A stretch of DNA of 64,000 nucleotides from Paramecium tetraurelia (Eukaryota): assembly GCA_000165425.1 (NCBI GenBank), contig CT868679.1:62001-126000 (forward strand), in the 5' to 3' direction. The number at the start of each line of letters is the position of its first letter. Position 1 is the first letter of the stretch. The notes under the pieces were generated by a model. The model was given only the letters and a program-made list of their open reading frames with translations. It had not been told where the DNA came from and made no database searches. The translations under genes and the position numbers were made by a program. Below, piece after piece: positions 13,620 to 27,311 of this stretch.

Positions 13620-14415
13620 ATGATGAAAGAGCCTGAGAAAATCATGAAAAAGAATATCTTAAATGGACAAATTAAATACTAAGTTAAATGGAAGGGCTTT
13701 GATGAAACTACATGGGAATCTGATGAAACTATGAAGAAATACAAAGAACTCATTGAAGACTATAATTATTTCTCCTTGACTGGTGAAAGATATGATGAAA
13801 AAAAACTAGAAGAAATCAGATAATTGACTGTTCAATCACAACCAAGAACTGCTATCAAAAGAGTAGCAATGCCCAAATTAATGCCCCCAAGTGAATTAAA
13901 CAAAAAAGAAAAAAAAATAGATAAAATTGATAGCAAACATGTTGAAATTATAGACAATCCTAAAAATGATTTACAACAGGATCAAGCAAATATACTCTAG
14001 TTATCCAATACTACAATCAATCTCACTGAAATATCTAAGTAATTATAATATATAAATTTAAGAAAAGCACCATAAAAATTAGCAAATTCCAATGACAAAT
14101 TAGAATCCATAAAATTGTAAACTGATGAAAATAGAGGGTTGTTTTCTCTAATTTGGAAAGAGAGATCGGATGGTATTAGACCGTATTGTGATGAATACAA
14201 TTATGAAGATTTCAAAATTTAAGCTCCCTTGTTTTTTATTTAGTTTTTTGAAACCTGTATTTTTGAATGTTAAAGTTAAAATGATATTAAGTAATAATTC
14301 AAATTAATTTAGATTTGAAATTCAAGGATAAGATATCGCTGAAAGAATTTAAGTGTTTAAAGATATTTTAGAAAAAAGAGATTAGGATAAAAAGTAAAGC
14401 GAATTCCAATAATGA
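13620..14415 (+). CDS. HP1-like protein: N-terminal chromodomain plus C-terminal chromo-shadow-like domain
   Basis: EKIMKKNILNGQIKYQVKWKGFDETTWE...ELIEDY (chromo); LFSLIWKERSDGIRPYCDEYNYEDFKIQAPLFFIQFFE (shadow-like); one 22-nt intron. Confidence 0.8.
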
Positions 14416-15129
14416 TTCTTTTTCATATAAAAGGCATATTATATTTAATTTATTATAAACCATATTTTTATTAATTAAATTCAATAATGTTATAAAGCTG
14501 ATGTTTCTTAATTTAATATGATCATCTCTACTCGAACATTTCATTTGATGAGATTCTCGATTCGCTAATGATCTAAATTAAATAATCGAATTAACTTTGC
14601 CCTTTGCTCATTCATTAAGTAAAAGGCTTTAAATCGACTCACAATTATTAATATTTCCAATTCAATCCTATCTTTATTTTTTTACTTCATTGTTTGATTG
14701 CCTTTCCATAAGGAGATATTAAAATGTTTTATTCAAACCTAAAAAAGAATGTATTTTGATACTATAATTAGCCTTTTTAATTAAATTTAGAATTACTTTG
14801 CGAATCAATATTTGAGTATTTATCTTGAATACTTAATCAATGTTTGTAAGGAAACTAAAACAAGAATTTTTTTTGATATTATAAAAAATATAAAAACTAA
14901 TATTTTAAGAACTTTAATGGTTTACTTTTTGCAATTTTCTAGTGAAATTTGCAAGTTTATTTAATATTCATAATTTATGATTGAATTTTTAGAGATACCA
15001 ATAATATAGAAATTCCTATATGTGAAAATTTAGTTAACGCTATATTAGATTCTGAGTTAATCATATACATTATGTGAAGATCAAAATAAGATTTATATAT
15101 ATTTATATAATAAATTAATTCGTTTTTTG

Positions 15130-16533
15130 ATGCAGAGCTATTCGTTTGACTATATTTTGGATCAATTTATTGGTTTAGGAAAATATTAACTACAAACATT
15201 TGCAAATAGTTGTGCCCTGTCTTGCAATTTCGGAAATTTGGCCTTGTTACTCAGTTTGCTCTTAAAACTATATAAACAAGAATTGGATATCACTATGAAC
15301 AAAGTCATTTTATTGGCTGTGGTTCATAGAATAGGAAGTGCTTTGGCAGGACTTTTCGTCATGAAATTTAATAATACTTTGGGAAGAATAAAAATTATAA
15401 AATATTCATTATTAGTATTGGCATTTGCTTAATTATCTGCTTCAATTGCCGAAAAATACTTGATAATTTTGTTTGTATTTTTACTCCAAGGATTTATGCA
15501 TGGGATATGTGCTCAATATAGTTAATTATTGACAATAGAAGTGATTCCTAGAGACCATAGAGGACAAATGGCTGCATTGGTTAATCTTTTCCATGGAATA
15601 GGAAGTGGCTACCCGATATTATTGTGGTATTTATTTTGTGACGATTATGAAAACGGAAATCATAAGGCCATCCATTTCTGTAATGCTTTGCTAACAATTT
15701 CTATTTACTACTATCTTAAGAAATATGGAAGAGATAATCCTAGATATTATTTATCATTGGGTAGATTTAGTGAATGTTTTTATGAAATAGATCACATATT
15801 GAAAGAAAATAAATGTACTTACTTTGATAAACTGAATAATCAGTAAAAGGATGCTTTGATTCTATGGTATACAGAAAACTTCTCTGAAACCAGATAGAGA
15901 AAATCGTAAATTTCAACTCTCTTTACAAAGAACAATATTAGAATTACTGTTTATGTGATTTCAATCTAAATAATTTACTATGCTGCAACATCCATTTAAC
16001 AATACTTGCTGCCATTTATTTATCATGATAAATAAAAGGGGTTCGAATCACTATTTTTCTAACAAGTAGGTATTATTCCTGCAGTATTTATATAATCTTT
16101 TTTTATTGATAGTCCTACATTTGGTAGAGCTAAATCGGGTATGATTATTTCAATCTTATTATGCATCACTTATTTATTGATTTTCTATTAATAGGACACA
16201 TATATTTCATAATAAGTCTTAGTTAGATTTTTATTGGAAATATAATTTACAGTAATGCAAATCATGATTAATGAATCATTCAATAGCAATCTTCGAGCAT
16301 TAGGATTGAGTTTTACATATGTGGTGGCTAAAATCTCATAATTGCTTTCCCCTGTAATTATTTTTAAGTTATATGAAACTCAAATATTCCTGCCATTTTT
16401 ATTTTGTGGATGTTTATTTCTCGTAAATGGAATACTTTATGCGACATTCCCAAGAGAAAGAACAAAAAAGGCATTGGATTTGGATTTATCTGAAAGTCTA
16501 AGTCAAAGCAAAAGGAGTGAAAGTGAGTATTGA
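15130..16533 (+). CDS. Major facilitator superfamily transporter (SV2/SVOP-like)
   Basis: Intronless; IGLGKYQLQ N-terminal motif, NTLGRIK loop, IEVIPRDHRG, FIDSPTFGRAK, NESFNSNLRALG; many hydrophobic segments. Confidence 0.85.
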
Positions 16534-16885
16534 TTTTTTAGTAATTTTAATAATATTTCTTTTAATTAATTTTAATCAATATTTTATATCAGGTATATGA
16601 TTATTTATTTTAATCTTTTGCGGGAAAAATTAAAGGGATTAAGTGAATAAATTATTAAATTTTGTCTTCTCAAAATCTTGATGCAGGCTAAAAGAACAAT
16701 TGATTTCATCTACACCTATTAACCCTTAACAAAGGAGTGATGGTTTTAGATTAATTAGAACGAACCATTATGATAAATTATTTTTTTTTATTAATTGAAT
16801 AGAAATTGCATTTACCTTTTAATATTTTGATAGAAGAGTCATTTCGATTTAATTGTACAATATTAATTAAATAATAATATAATTG

Positions 16886-17668
16886 ATGAGTGATTATAAC
16901 AAACTAAAATTGTACAAATTAACCAAGCCAGAAACCTTCTCGATGTCCTTTTATGATGCACATAAAGAATATTAAGAGTGGCTTAATAATATAAACAATC
17001 CTTAGAGACAACCGCGAAAATCTCATAAGTGGCATTCCAACATTACAGACTATTTTAATTATGGTTTTAATGAACATACTATGCAAATCTATGTGCATAA
17101 AATAACTTAATTGACAGAGACCTATAGAAAATTTAGACTATAATTTGCTGACAAATGTGATAATTCTAAAGAAACAATATTTAATTCAGCTTAGGAAATT
17201 AGACGACAATCCAAAGATGTATATCCAATTGATTTAGGTGGAATATTTATACCTGTTGATGATAAAGTCGTTGATTTTGGTTTTAAATTTTAAGTTGAAA
17301 ATTTATATGAATAATATAATAATTAATCTAGCAATGAAAAATTTTTGTACAATTAGTACCATTGCACTGGTGAAGCATTATTATATAAATCCAAATTTAT
17401 TTCTGATATTTATAGAAAATAGGTAAAGGATATTTAGGATCTCCATAAGTAATATAAGAAAGAACATTAAAGGGATATATATCTATTAAACACTGCAATT
17501 AAAGTGTTTCCTATTTAAAAAGAGGCTGACCTTTCTCTTTAGATTGCATAACTAGTCAAAAACATCACTATAAAATAAGAGAAAATAGGAAAATCAGAAA
17601 AAATCAATAGGCATGACAGACACGAAAGATCAAGAACCCCTAAGAAAAGTAGATCTAAAAAATATTGA
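16886..17668 (+). CDS. Fip1-motif protein with short RS/K-rich tail (putative polyadenylation factor)
   Basis: KWHSNITDYFNYGFNEHTMQIY matches the Fip1 core DYFNYGFNE; C-terminus RHDRHERSRTPKKSRSKKY. Confidence 0.7.
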
Positions 17669-17715
17669 TTTATAATTATCATTATTAATATAATTTTTAT
17701 ATTTGAAATTCAAAA

Positions 17716-18435
17716 ATGCGACGAAATAGAATAGGGACAAAGGCAGAATTTCTATGGGCATGTATCATATTCCATAGTAACTTTAGGGGATGTTGAAGAT
17801 ATCTCTCAAATGAATGGACCTTTAGCAGTCTAAGAATACATTTAAGAATTAATAAGTAATCTAACCTCTTCATCATATAGGAGCTGACTCCTCCAACATT
17901 AAATAAATTATTACTCCTCCTCCTGAAGTAGATATTCATGTTTGGCAATATGAACATTTGAGACAATTCATTTTAGAATTAAATCTATTAGTTACATAAT
18001 TGAAAGGATTATGCACAGCTTAAACTTGTCCGAAAATGAAAGCCACTGAAGATTGGCTCTACTTGTGTGCTGCACATAAAAAAGCATAAGAATGCTCAGC
18101 TATAGATTACATGATACATAATTTAGATTAGAGTACATCTATCTTAACTAATATTAAAACATATCCATCAAGGTTATTAATTGTTATTTTATTAGAGTTT
18201 CAATCAACCCTTAAAATGCTACAAATAATTTTGCTTTTATAGTTAGAAGACTATATAGATTATTCTCTCACACTTACTTTAATCACAAGGAAATTTTTGA
18301 AGATTTTGAAGTATAAGTCTATTCTGATATTAGAATGAAATGTTTCTATGTACAAGATTTACAGAATTTGCCTTAAAATTTGACCTAATGAGTCCAAAAC
18401 TAATAACAATACCAAAAGAAGCTTTAAAATTATGA
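17716..18435 (+). CDS. MOB4: MOB4/phocein (STRIPAK subunit)
   Basis: MRRNRIGTKAE, LAVQEYIQELIRAD, VWQYEHLRQFILELN, TCPKMKATEDWLYLCAAHKKAQECSAIDY, RRLYRLFSH; four introns. Confidence 0.92.
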
Positions 18436-18537
18436 AATTTCATTTTTTCAATATAATATTTAGTATATTATGATTATATGCTTAAATCTCATTTCTTTCT
18501 TTTTATAAAGTAAATACAACATGAATTAAAATAAATC

Positions 18538-19110
18538 TCAAACATACATTTTTATAATTTTTTCAGTTAAACTATGCATAGACAATATAAAATTTTAAGA
18601 TATCTTTAATAAATGAAAGATTTCTAATTTTTTTATATCGCAAATATTATCAGTTTATATCCCTGTCTCTTTTTTGAGATTTGCGTAAGTTTTTTTTTAT
18701 TTTACTCTCAAATTCTCTTGAAAACTACTATTGCATTTTTATTTTTATTTATTATGTTCTACTGATTTACTTATATTATTTTTAGGTGTATTTATACTCT
18801 TTTTCAGAGAATTTTAACCCATATCTTTAAGTTTTAAGTCTTTTATCAATTCCAGGCCTTCATTTTCATCAATAATAATAACATTTCCTTTTTCTTTTTT
18901 TTTTGCCTTAATGGAATTCAATAGCTCTAAACTTTTATGCTTGCTTTTAAACTTTTCTTTAAGTTTTTTATGTTTTTTCATTTTTTTCTAGTTGTTTTCA
19001 TCAGTATCTTTTTTATTTTCTTATTCTAAAATTTCTTCAAAATTATCTAAATCAATCATTAGATTTTCAAGTCCATTCATCTGATCTGCCTCAATGATAT
19101 TTGGGTTCAT
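18538..19110 (-). CDS. Lys-rich hypothetical protein (190 aa)
   Basis: Intronless table-6 frame MNPNIIEADQMNGLENLMIDLDNFEEIL...KIIKMYV*. Confidence 0.6.
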
Positions 19111-19900
19111 ATCTCTATAAATAATCAATTTAATAATTGTTTTAATAATTCAGGGTAGACATAAAAAACTAATTATTTAAATGATTACTTAAAAAAAATG
19201 ATATATTTATGAATTTAATTGTAGTAAATTCAAAAGAAATTTATTTAAAAAAATGAATATTTAATTCCAATAATCAATTAAAGAGATTTGTAATATGAGA
19301 AAATTAAATTAAATTTTTAATCGCGATAATAAATAATAAGAAATTAGTTTCATCAACTTGATAACTATAGTGGCTAATATTTATTCAGGCTTATCATTAT
19401 AGTAAATATTATGTCATTTCTGAATTTCTTTTTTTAAGAATATTAAAATTAAATTACTCTTTTAGATGAAACTTTCAATAAAAAATTATTAAATTACAAA
19501 ATTTAGACTTCAAAGTAAAGATATATTGGGATTCAACAGATTTGTTATAAATCTATAATATCAAGTGAGATGATTAAAAAAGATAATATTAATTATATAA
19601 TGAATGCTTATAAAATAGAAATTTCTTAGAGAATTACTAACACAAATTTAAGCCTGCGTTTAAAAATGTATAATTATATGTGTTCTAAACAAATAGAAGT
19701 TTGAAGTCATTGGATCAATGTGAACTACATAGAAATGAAGATCAAAATGGAATTTAGAACCATAAAAGTCTCACACTTATAAATATGATATTAAGATGTA
19801 ATTTATTACTGGATATGGAAATGATTAGTGTTCTTGAAATTTAGTTAGGATTTATAAAGATATTTAATTACATATTATAAATAGTTTAAATATTAAAAAA

Positions 19901-21602
19901 ATGGGAAATCAATGTACAGGCGTTGACGATTTCTAAGGATAACAATTTGCTCCAAACATATCAGTTTAAGACGAAGTGTTTGTAGAAGGAAGAGTTCCAA
20001 TAGTTGGGTAGAATCCTAGTCGATTTAACGATGATGATATGATAGTAAGCCATCATTCTATAAATATTAGACGGTGTATTAATCAAACAATAATAAATTG
20101 AATTATGGGAGAAATTCTCTAGGATAAGGGTACATGACAGCCATGAAATATAATCTAAAAGATAACATCTCTATCTAAGCATCTTCACATGTATAAGGGA
20201 TTCTATAATATATTAGACATTGATGAACTAGCAAAATGCTGCTCTGATGATAACTATTAAAAGCAATGATATCTTGTTGATAAATTAAAGAGGTTAGGAG
20301 TGTGTAAGACAAGGAGTAGATTTGGTAAATTGCAATTTATAATTTAGGTTTGTTTAATTGATCATAGTGGTAGTATGCAAGGAGAAAAAATAAAGTTAGT
20401 TAGAAAAACATTAAAATAGATGCTAACATTTTTATAGCCGTGTGATAGATTATGTTTGATAATGTTTGATTGCAAGGTTTACAGATTAACAAGACTTATG
20501 AGAGTTACTTAAGAAAATGTTTAAAAATTCAGAGTAGCAATATCGTCACTCTAAGCAAGAGGTGGAACTGACATAGGGAATGGTATGAAGATGGCCTTAT
20601 CAATTTTGAAACATAGAAAATACAAGAATCCTGTATCTGCAATATTTTTGTTATCTGATGGAGTCGATGAAGGAGCCGAAGAGAGAGTGAGAGATGATTT
20701 AATCTAATATAATATTCGTGATTCATTCACAATCAAAACATTTGGTTTTGGAAGAGATTGCTGTCCTAAAATAATGTCAGAAATTGCTCATTATAAAGAA
20801 GGATAATTTTACTTTGTTCCAAATCTTACTAATATTGATGAATGTTTTGCTGAAGCATTGGGTGGTCTGGTATCAGTTGTAGCAAACCATGTTCAGTTAT
20901 CAGTCTAGCCAATGCATTCAAATAAGGTCTAAATTAAGAAGGCCTATGGCGATAAGTGGACTTATGATTCCTGGAAGGGAGTCTTCACTCTCTACTAACC
21001 ACATCTACTATCTGGTGTGAGAAAAGATTACATTTTTGAAGTAGCTGATTACAAGACCTCTGGCAAACAAGAAATTAGGGTTCTGTTATAAGCTGATCCT
21101 GTTGAGGGTGGAGATAAAGTTACTATTGAATAAATTATTGAACTCTAGAATTCAGATTTATCAAATGAAGTTCTTCCTAATTATTATAGGGTCAAAGGTG
21201 CAGAATGTTTTGAATAGGCAAGAATTTATGCTGAATAAGGATAATATTAGGCAAGTCAATAGATTCTTAATAACATCAATACAGAAATTAAATTATAAAA
21301 TTTCAACGATCCAAATCTATAAGTAGTTCAAACTGATCTGGAAATGGCCAGCAATTTCTGTTATCCTGGGTACTTATATGTATAATTATATTAGGTAATT
21401 TGAAAATGAAGGCAGACATCATATGCACTAATTACACATTGTTCATATGTATTAAAAATCAAGGGGGGTCTAAATTAATCAAAATTAACAAGGCTAAGTG
21501 ATCAGTCTTGATTGCCAATATTAAAATAATCTACAAAAATAATATAAAGATTAAACTAGGTAAACTAAATAAAATGATCCTAATTATTGGAATGATTGTT
21601 GA
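19901..21602 (+). CDS. von Willebrand factor A domain protein with N-terminal acylation motif
   Basis: MGNQCTG start; DLVCLIDHSGSMQGEKI (MIDAS DxSxS), ARGGTDI, IFLLSDG; several short introns. Confidence 0.88.
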
Positions 21603-21792
21603 ATAGTTTAAACATTAATTTAAATTTATTTAAATGATATCTCTAGGGTTTATTCAATTTCCTAGTCGAATTTAATGGACTTTGGTTATTCAACAATTTT
21701 ACAGGTTATAATTGTATTTAAGTATACTTATATTATAATAATATTAGTATATAAATTTATGAATTAAAATTTTATCATAATATAAAATAATA

Positions 21793-22701
21793 TCATAATT
21801 TCTTGAATTGACATTGTTTATTGGTTTTTTCAATGAATTTATCCTACAATTCTTAAGATAGATCTTTTAAATCAAAGTACATTCTGAAATTCTGCTCAAC
21901 CTTTGATAAACTCAATTACTCTCGATTAATGAAGTACAAGATCGTATATCGCTATATTTACTGTTTTTTGTAATTTGTTTCAGACTCTGTTCTAACTTAT
22001 ATCCTGGCATTGAATTTCGAACCATTATAACAGACTAGTTAAACTCTCAACTATTAATTATAAAATGAGTTTGAAATCTAATTTTATATAAATTAATTTT
22101 CCAAGGACCATCCAAATGGAAAGGACTAATTCCTGAGTAAGTAATGAATCATCATGTCTTAATTCATTCCAAACATTCTGAGCCAGGTATTATTGACAAT
22201 TCTATTGCAGCCAATAACATCTTGATTAGGATTCAAGTTGAATTCAAATATTTCTTAAGGAACATCATTTTATTTTATACATTCCAAATTCCTCTCTGTG
22301 TCAAAATCAGTGACTTTACTTGAAACCTAATCTAAAAATAAGCAAAACGGAAAGTCTTTCTTGATATCTATTATATTTATTTCCTGAAAAGGTAGACATT
22401 TTACAATGATTTCATGTTTCTATTGTTGCATCGAAATAATTTTGAAAAGATTGCTGAATACATCACTGTCTAAATAACTCAGTAGGGTTGGTCTGAATTA
22501 ATTAGTTTACTGCTTTTTATGGACAGCTTTGGTGCAAGTCAATTCAAACATATATTTAGCTTCATCTTTGGGAGTAAGAGTGCTACTCTAATGTTTAGCT
22601 AACTTCTTATTCTTTACTGCAGACCTTATTTTCCTTATTTTTTTGTTGGTACCACCTTATTTGGGAGTCAAATCATTTTGCTAACTGAATGCAATATTCA
22701 T
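21793..22701 (-). CDS. Hypothetical protein with C-terminal PAS/PAC-like segment (paralog 1)
   Basis: Intronless; RIVNNTWLRMFGMNQDMMIHY...LVCYNGSKFNARIQVR; ends QCQFKKL*. Confidence 0.7.
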
Positions 22702-23086
22702 TATTCTTTTAATTTGTATACAAACAAAATATAAAAAATAGTCCTTCAGATATCTTTTTTAAATGACTTTATGATTTGGTTTAATAAATGATATTGTAAT
22801 TCTAAGTTAAAAAAGATTAAAAAATTCGAATTCTAATTAATGTTTATAAATGCTGATTAATTTAATTTAGATATTAATAATGTATTATAATTATTAGCAA
22901 TATAACATGATAAATTTATTTTTAAAATTTACATGTAAGAGAATTCGATTTTTAGATAGGTCAATCATAATTGACCAAATTGTGATCGACTCTATTTTTA
23001 GAAGATATAATACTTGAAAAATATTATTTAAATAATTTATATGAAGATCCTGAAAATTATAATTAATTTTCAGATATATTCACATA

Positions 23087-24109
23087 TCAAAAATCTAATT
23101 ACTTAAATCCGCAGTTTCTATTTGAAAAAATTGTCTAAGAATCTTCCGATACTAATCTCGTTCTCAACTTGTCTTACTAGAACCATTTTTCATTGAAATA
23201 TTCTTCTTAATTTCTCATCACTCTTTAAGTTGTCAGCCACCTTGGATCACAATCATAAATGTAATAGGCATACTCATAGTAGGCATCCTCTTCTTCATTG
23301 TAAGTGAAAAAGCTCTTGTTCTAAACTCGAGCATGAAATATCTGACCATTATAATTCATAACCTCTCGGGTTCTTATATCTTGTTTCAAGTTCCCCTCAA
23401 ATAATCCAGAGAGAATCTCACATACATCATCATAAGGATCTATATAGGTTGAAAAGGGCAGTATGTTGGTCGAAAGCACATGATCCTCCAACATCATGTA
23501 ACTTATTCCCAACAAATCCATAAATTTGTCGTTGATAACCCTCTATATAGTTGAACACACACCATTTTTTAATTTGTATAAATAGCAGGTGAAAGGTTAA
23601 TCCAGCTATGCCTCGAAGTCTTCTATGAATTGTTCTTTCGTTTACTTATAAGTATTAACATCTAAATTCCTTTAATTAAAAGCCTAAAAGCTCAAGGCAA
23701 GCCTCGGATTGCATGTTTAAATTTTTTAAAAGAATTATTCAAAAGGTGTAAAAGGATTATCGATTGTTTCTAGAGTGAATATAGTCAATTTGTTTTTCTT
23801 ATCAATTCTAATCACCTTATAGTTATAGGAATGAGGATCGACTGACAAATTACCTAATTTAGCTTACTAATTGAAATCGTTAGGAAACTGAATATTTGAG
23901 AAGAGTCGAATAACTTATTTTTCAGCTACGGAGGCAGGAATTTTGAAATAAGCTTCGACATAGCTTCGAAGTTTGTCTGTGCTTACGTTTGATCCAAATT
24001 TAAAATCAACAGTGTACTAATTCCTTCTTTTGGGTTTGCGAATAGTTTTTTTCTATAAACAACTGCTTTCCTCCACAATTTCCTAATAATTTTTAGCTAT
24101 AATAGACAT
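23087..24109 (-). CDS. Hypothetical protein with C-terminal PAS/PAC-like segment (paralog 2)
   Basis: Intronless; RVINDKFMDLLGISYMMLEDH...VMNYNGQIFHARVQNK; ends NCGFKQLDF*. Confidence 0.7.
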
Positions 24110-24789
24110 TATAATAAATAATTTGTTATTTAATACATGAAAACACTTAAGATCTTACAGATTATAAATAAATCAAGAAAACCATAATAATCACAATTTA
24201 ATAAAATTTAATCTTATCAATATATATTAAATTAAAAAAGACCTTATCAATTTTTGCTTTCATAATTCTTATTCAAACAATATCTATATTTTTAAATGCA
24301 TTTGATGTTTTATTAATCAAAATATTTTTTGTTTGTTTGTTAAAGTAATTAATCTCAAACTAACTGTATGCTTCTCCGTAAAATTGCCAACAATTTAATT
24401 AATTTAATTATTGGGTTTTAATTAAAAGCAATTTCTCATATAACTTTAATTGGTTTTACATCAGCTAAAACCTGGCTCACACTTAAAAATACACTTTAGC
24501 CAAAGTCTAACTGGAATTGCACAATTCATTAAAAATAATATTTGGTTGACTATTTTTTCATTATTAAACAATTGGAACCAAAAATAAATTATACTTTTGC
24601 AGTGAATCCTCTTCTGTTTTCTAATTATTCTTGATTTTTTGAGCTTCTATTTTCAGAGTTCATATTTTTATCATTAATATTACATTCTTAGTAAATGCTT
24701 TGGATAAGTATTTATAATTATTTAAAATTTGAATAAGGCTCTCAACAAGTCTAAAATACAATAAAAATAATTATAAAATATATAATTAT

Positions 24790-25501
24790 ATGGCAACTTT
24801 TAAATCTCTTATGAAAATGCCTTTGGCTAAGCTAGCTTCGAAATGCATTGCATTAGAGGAGCTATTATAACGTTATTATTAATTTGAGGAGGTTCATTAC
24901 GATTTACTTAATAAATATCAACTACTTTAAGCTAAATATGAGAGATTGAATCAATAAAACATCTAATTAATGCAAAGTTTACAGATTGAAAGAGATAGCA
25001 TTTCATAGGCTAGTGCTAATAAAATGAATTCTTCGAAAAATTGCCATTCCAGAATATACAAAGATCCACTGGAAGAATTAGAGATTTAGTTATTTATGGA
25101 CGATTTAAGAAATGAGAATTCAAAAATAAAGGAAGAACTTTAAACAAATAAGGAAGAATTAAAAAGATTATAATCAAAGTAAGGAATTATCTATCAAGGT
25201 TTGAATAAACATAAACAGAACTCCTTAGATCTGCATCAATAAAAACAGCTTCTGATTCTAAATTGAATTCAATTGAAGAAAAAAGTTATGATTCAATTCA
25301 ATCATATAAAAACGAAATAATCAGATTAAATAAAATAGTAAGTATCAAATCATTATCTAGGTATCCTCCTTGAGAATTGAAATATCCAATTACAAAACAA
25401 GAGAATTCGATGAAGATTGGTTAAAGACCTAATTAATAAAATATCAAAAGCAATCCCAAATGTCCAATAACCAAAATTTTTTGGATTTTATTGAAAACTG
25501 A
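24790..25501 (+). CDS. Coiled-coil hypothetical protein
   Basis: MATFKSLMKMPLAKLASKCIALEELL..., heptad-rich, one short intron, TGA 25499-25501. Confidence 0.65.
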
Positions 25502-25594
25502 ATGTACATTATGTATAACTCACTCTATTCTTATATTAAAAAGATAATGCTACTATCATTTAGTTTTATGTATTTATATAATATATAACATATG

Positions 25595-27273
25595 TCATTT
25601 ATGAAATTTATCAAATTGTGTTAATGAAGTTTCTAATTAATCTCTTTGTTTTTCAAAATGATATTTTGGTATTAAACCAATAGTTGTTCCAATTTTATAT
25701 GAACCAGGACCAACATCTTCTGGTTCTCTGATAGGAAATCTAGCAGCTTTAGGCATACTAAATTTTATAACATGAATTACCTAATTCTAGGTCCAGACTA
25801 AGATGACAGGGCTGTGTAACTCCCAGGTCCAATTTCTTTAAATTTAGAAATTGTTGGATCACTTCTGTTACTTTAACCCATAGAAGGAGTAGCAGTCTTA
25901 GGTACTGTGTAATGATAGGGTGGTTTATAATTGGATTGCTGACCATATTTGTAATCGTAATCAGGTTCGTATTTCCCAGGTGATGGATTTTAGTTGATTG
26001 ATTATCTTTCATTCTTTTATCTCATAGAAAATTTGGGACCTCCTAAAGTTGAAAATCCAATTCTTTCTCTTTCCTCTTATTTTTATTGTTCTGTCTTTTC
26101 AGGAAGTTAGAGATTTTCATCTTCTGCTAATTCATATCTCTTTGCAACACCGAAACCATGTTAATTTTCAATAGGAACTTCTTTAGGTTTAATAGTGTCA
26201 GTATTTTATATATATTAGCCAGGGCCTGGTTTGAGTGTTGATTCTCGAGTGACTAGATCTTACCTCTTGTCTTTGGGCATTGAAATCTGTTTACTTTAAG
26301 GGGGTAATTTTTGATTATAAGCTAAGTAATACTAAATGAGTACTTCCAGGGCCAGGAACATAGAAATCTGAAGTTTTAAAGGGAATGTACTTATGTCCAA
26401 TGCTGAATGCTTTCTTAACATTCACATTCTTAGGAGCATAAGCCCCAGGACCAGGAATATCAGTTGCTCTATAGTATTGTCTTTCACTTTTTGGAAACGA
26501 AATTGTTAAGCCTTTGGGAAGTTCATTTGGTTAATATTACCCAGGACCAAGATCAATAGATTTAGGCAAAACATTTTTTGGTGCTGAACCAAACCCAGCC
26601 TTTCTATGTTTACTGTCTTACCAACTGGTAGCAGTTCTAAATTAGCTGAAGGTTTCAGAATTGTAGTATTTATCAGGTGAAGGTCCATCCTTGGTCCAAT
26701 TAAAATTTTCTTTATATCCAAAAGATATGGGAGCTTGAGATCTTCCAGGAATGTTCGGATTATAAGAGCCAGGCCTATTATTAAGATATGCAAATACCCT
26801 ATAGGATCTTCTCTAAATTATTGCTCTTTGCCATTCACCCATGTTGGATGAGTGTCAATTTCTCCATTAGATTTTATTTTGCCTAAGGAGGTTTGAATTG
26901 TAAATTAAGCCTTTTTTTTTTCTTATTGTGTTTTGTCTGAAATATTTTTAATATTTTCTTCATCCAAAATAAGTTGCTTATGAAGATTATATTGCCCAAC
27001 TGGAGGATTTGTTGACTTAATTGGTTTGATTCTGTCATCTCTAGAGAAATTAGATCTAGTAGATTTTTGTTAACTTTGTCGTAATTTTTCAGTTATTCTA
27101 AGGGTCTCTTCAAATCTCTCACATGCTCCAGTTTATTCTGTTTTTGATGCAACTTTATCATCTCTTTTAACCCAGTCTGTTCTATCAGATGTACCGAAGG
27201 TGAAAGCACCTCCAAATTGATATCCTAGAGGAGTGTTACCCTAAAAGTTTTGATCACTATTATTAATAAACAT
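25595..27273 (-). CDS. PGP/SHIPPO-repeat (ODF3/STPG-like) axonemal protein
   Basis: Many PGPGxY repeats (PGPGQY, PGPGAY, PGPGKY, GPGSY) separated by F-S/T-F/I-G/P linkers. Confidence 0.85.
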
Positions 27274-27311
27274 ATTATTTATTCAAAATAAATAATTATA
27301 CATTAATTATT

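Noticed and set aside
14440..15100. TGATGA box C-like sequence or small ORF in a long gap
   Set aside because: No matching CTGA box D with a terminal stem identified; no supportable ORF
16039..16050. GGTTCGAATC tRNA T-loop-like sequence
   Set aside because: Lies in-frame inside the MFS CDS with no cloverleaf stems around it
19120..19890. Possible ORF or relic in the gap before the vWA gene
   Set aside because: Frames are interrupted by TGA and show no recognisable motif
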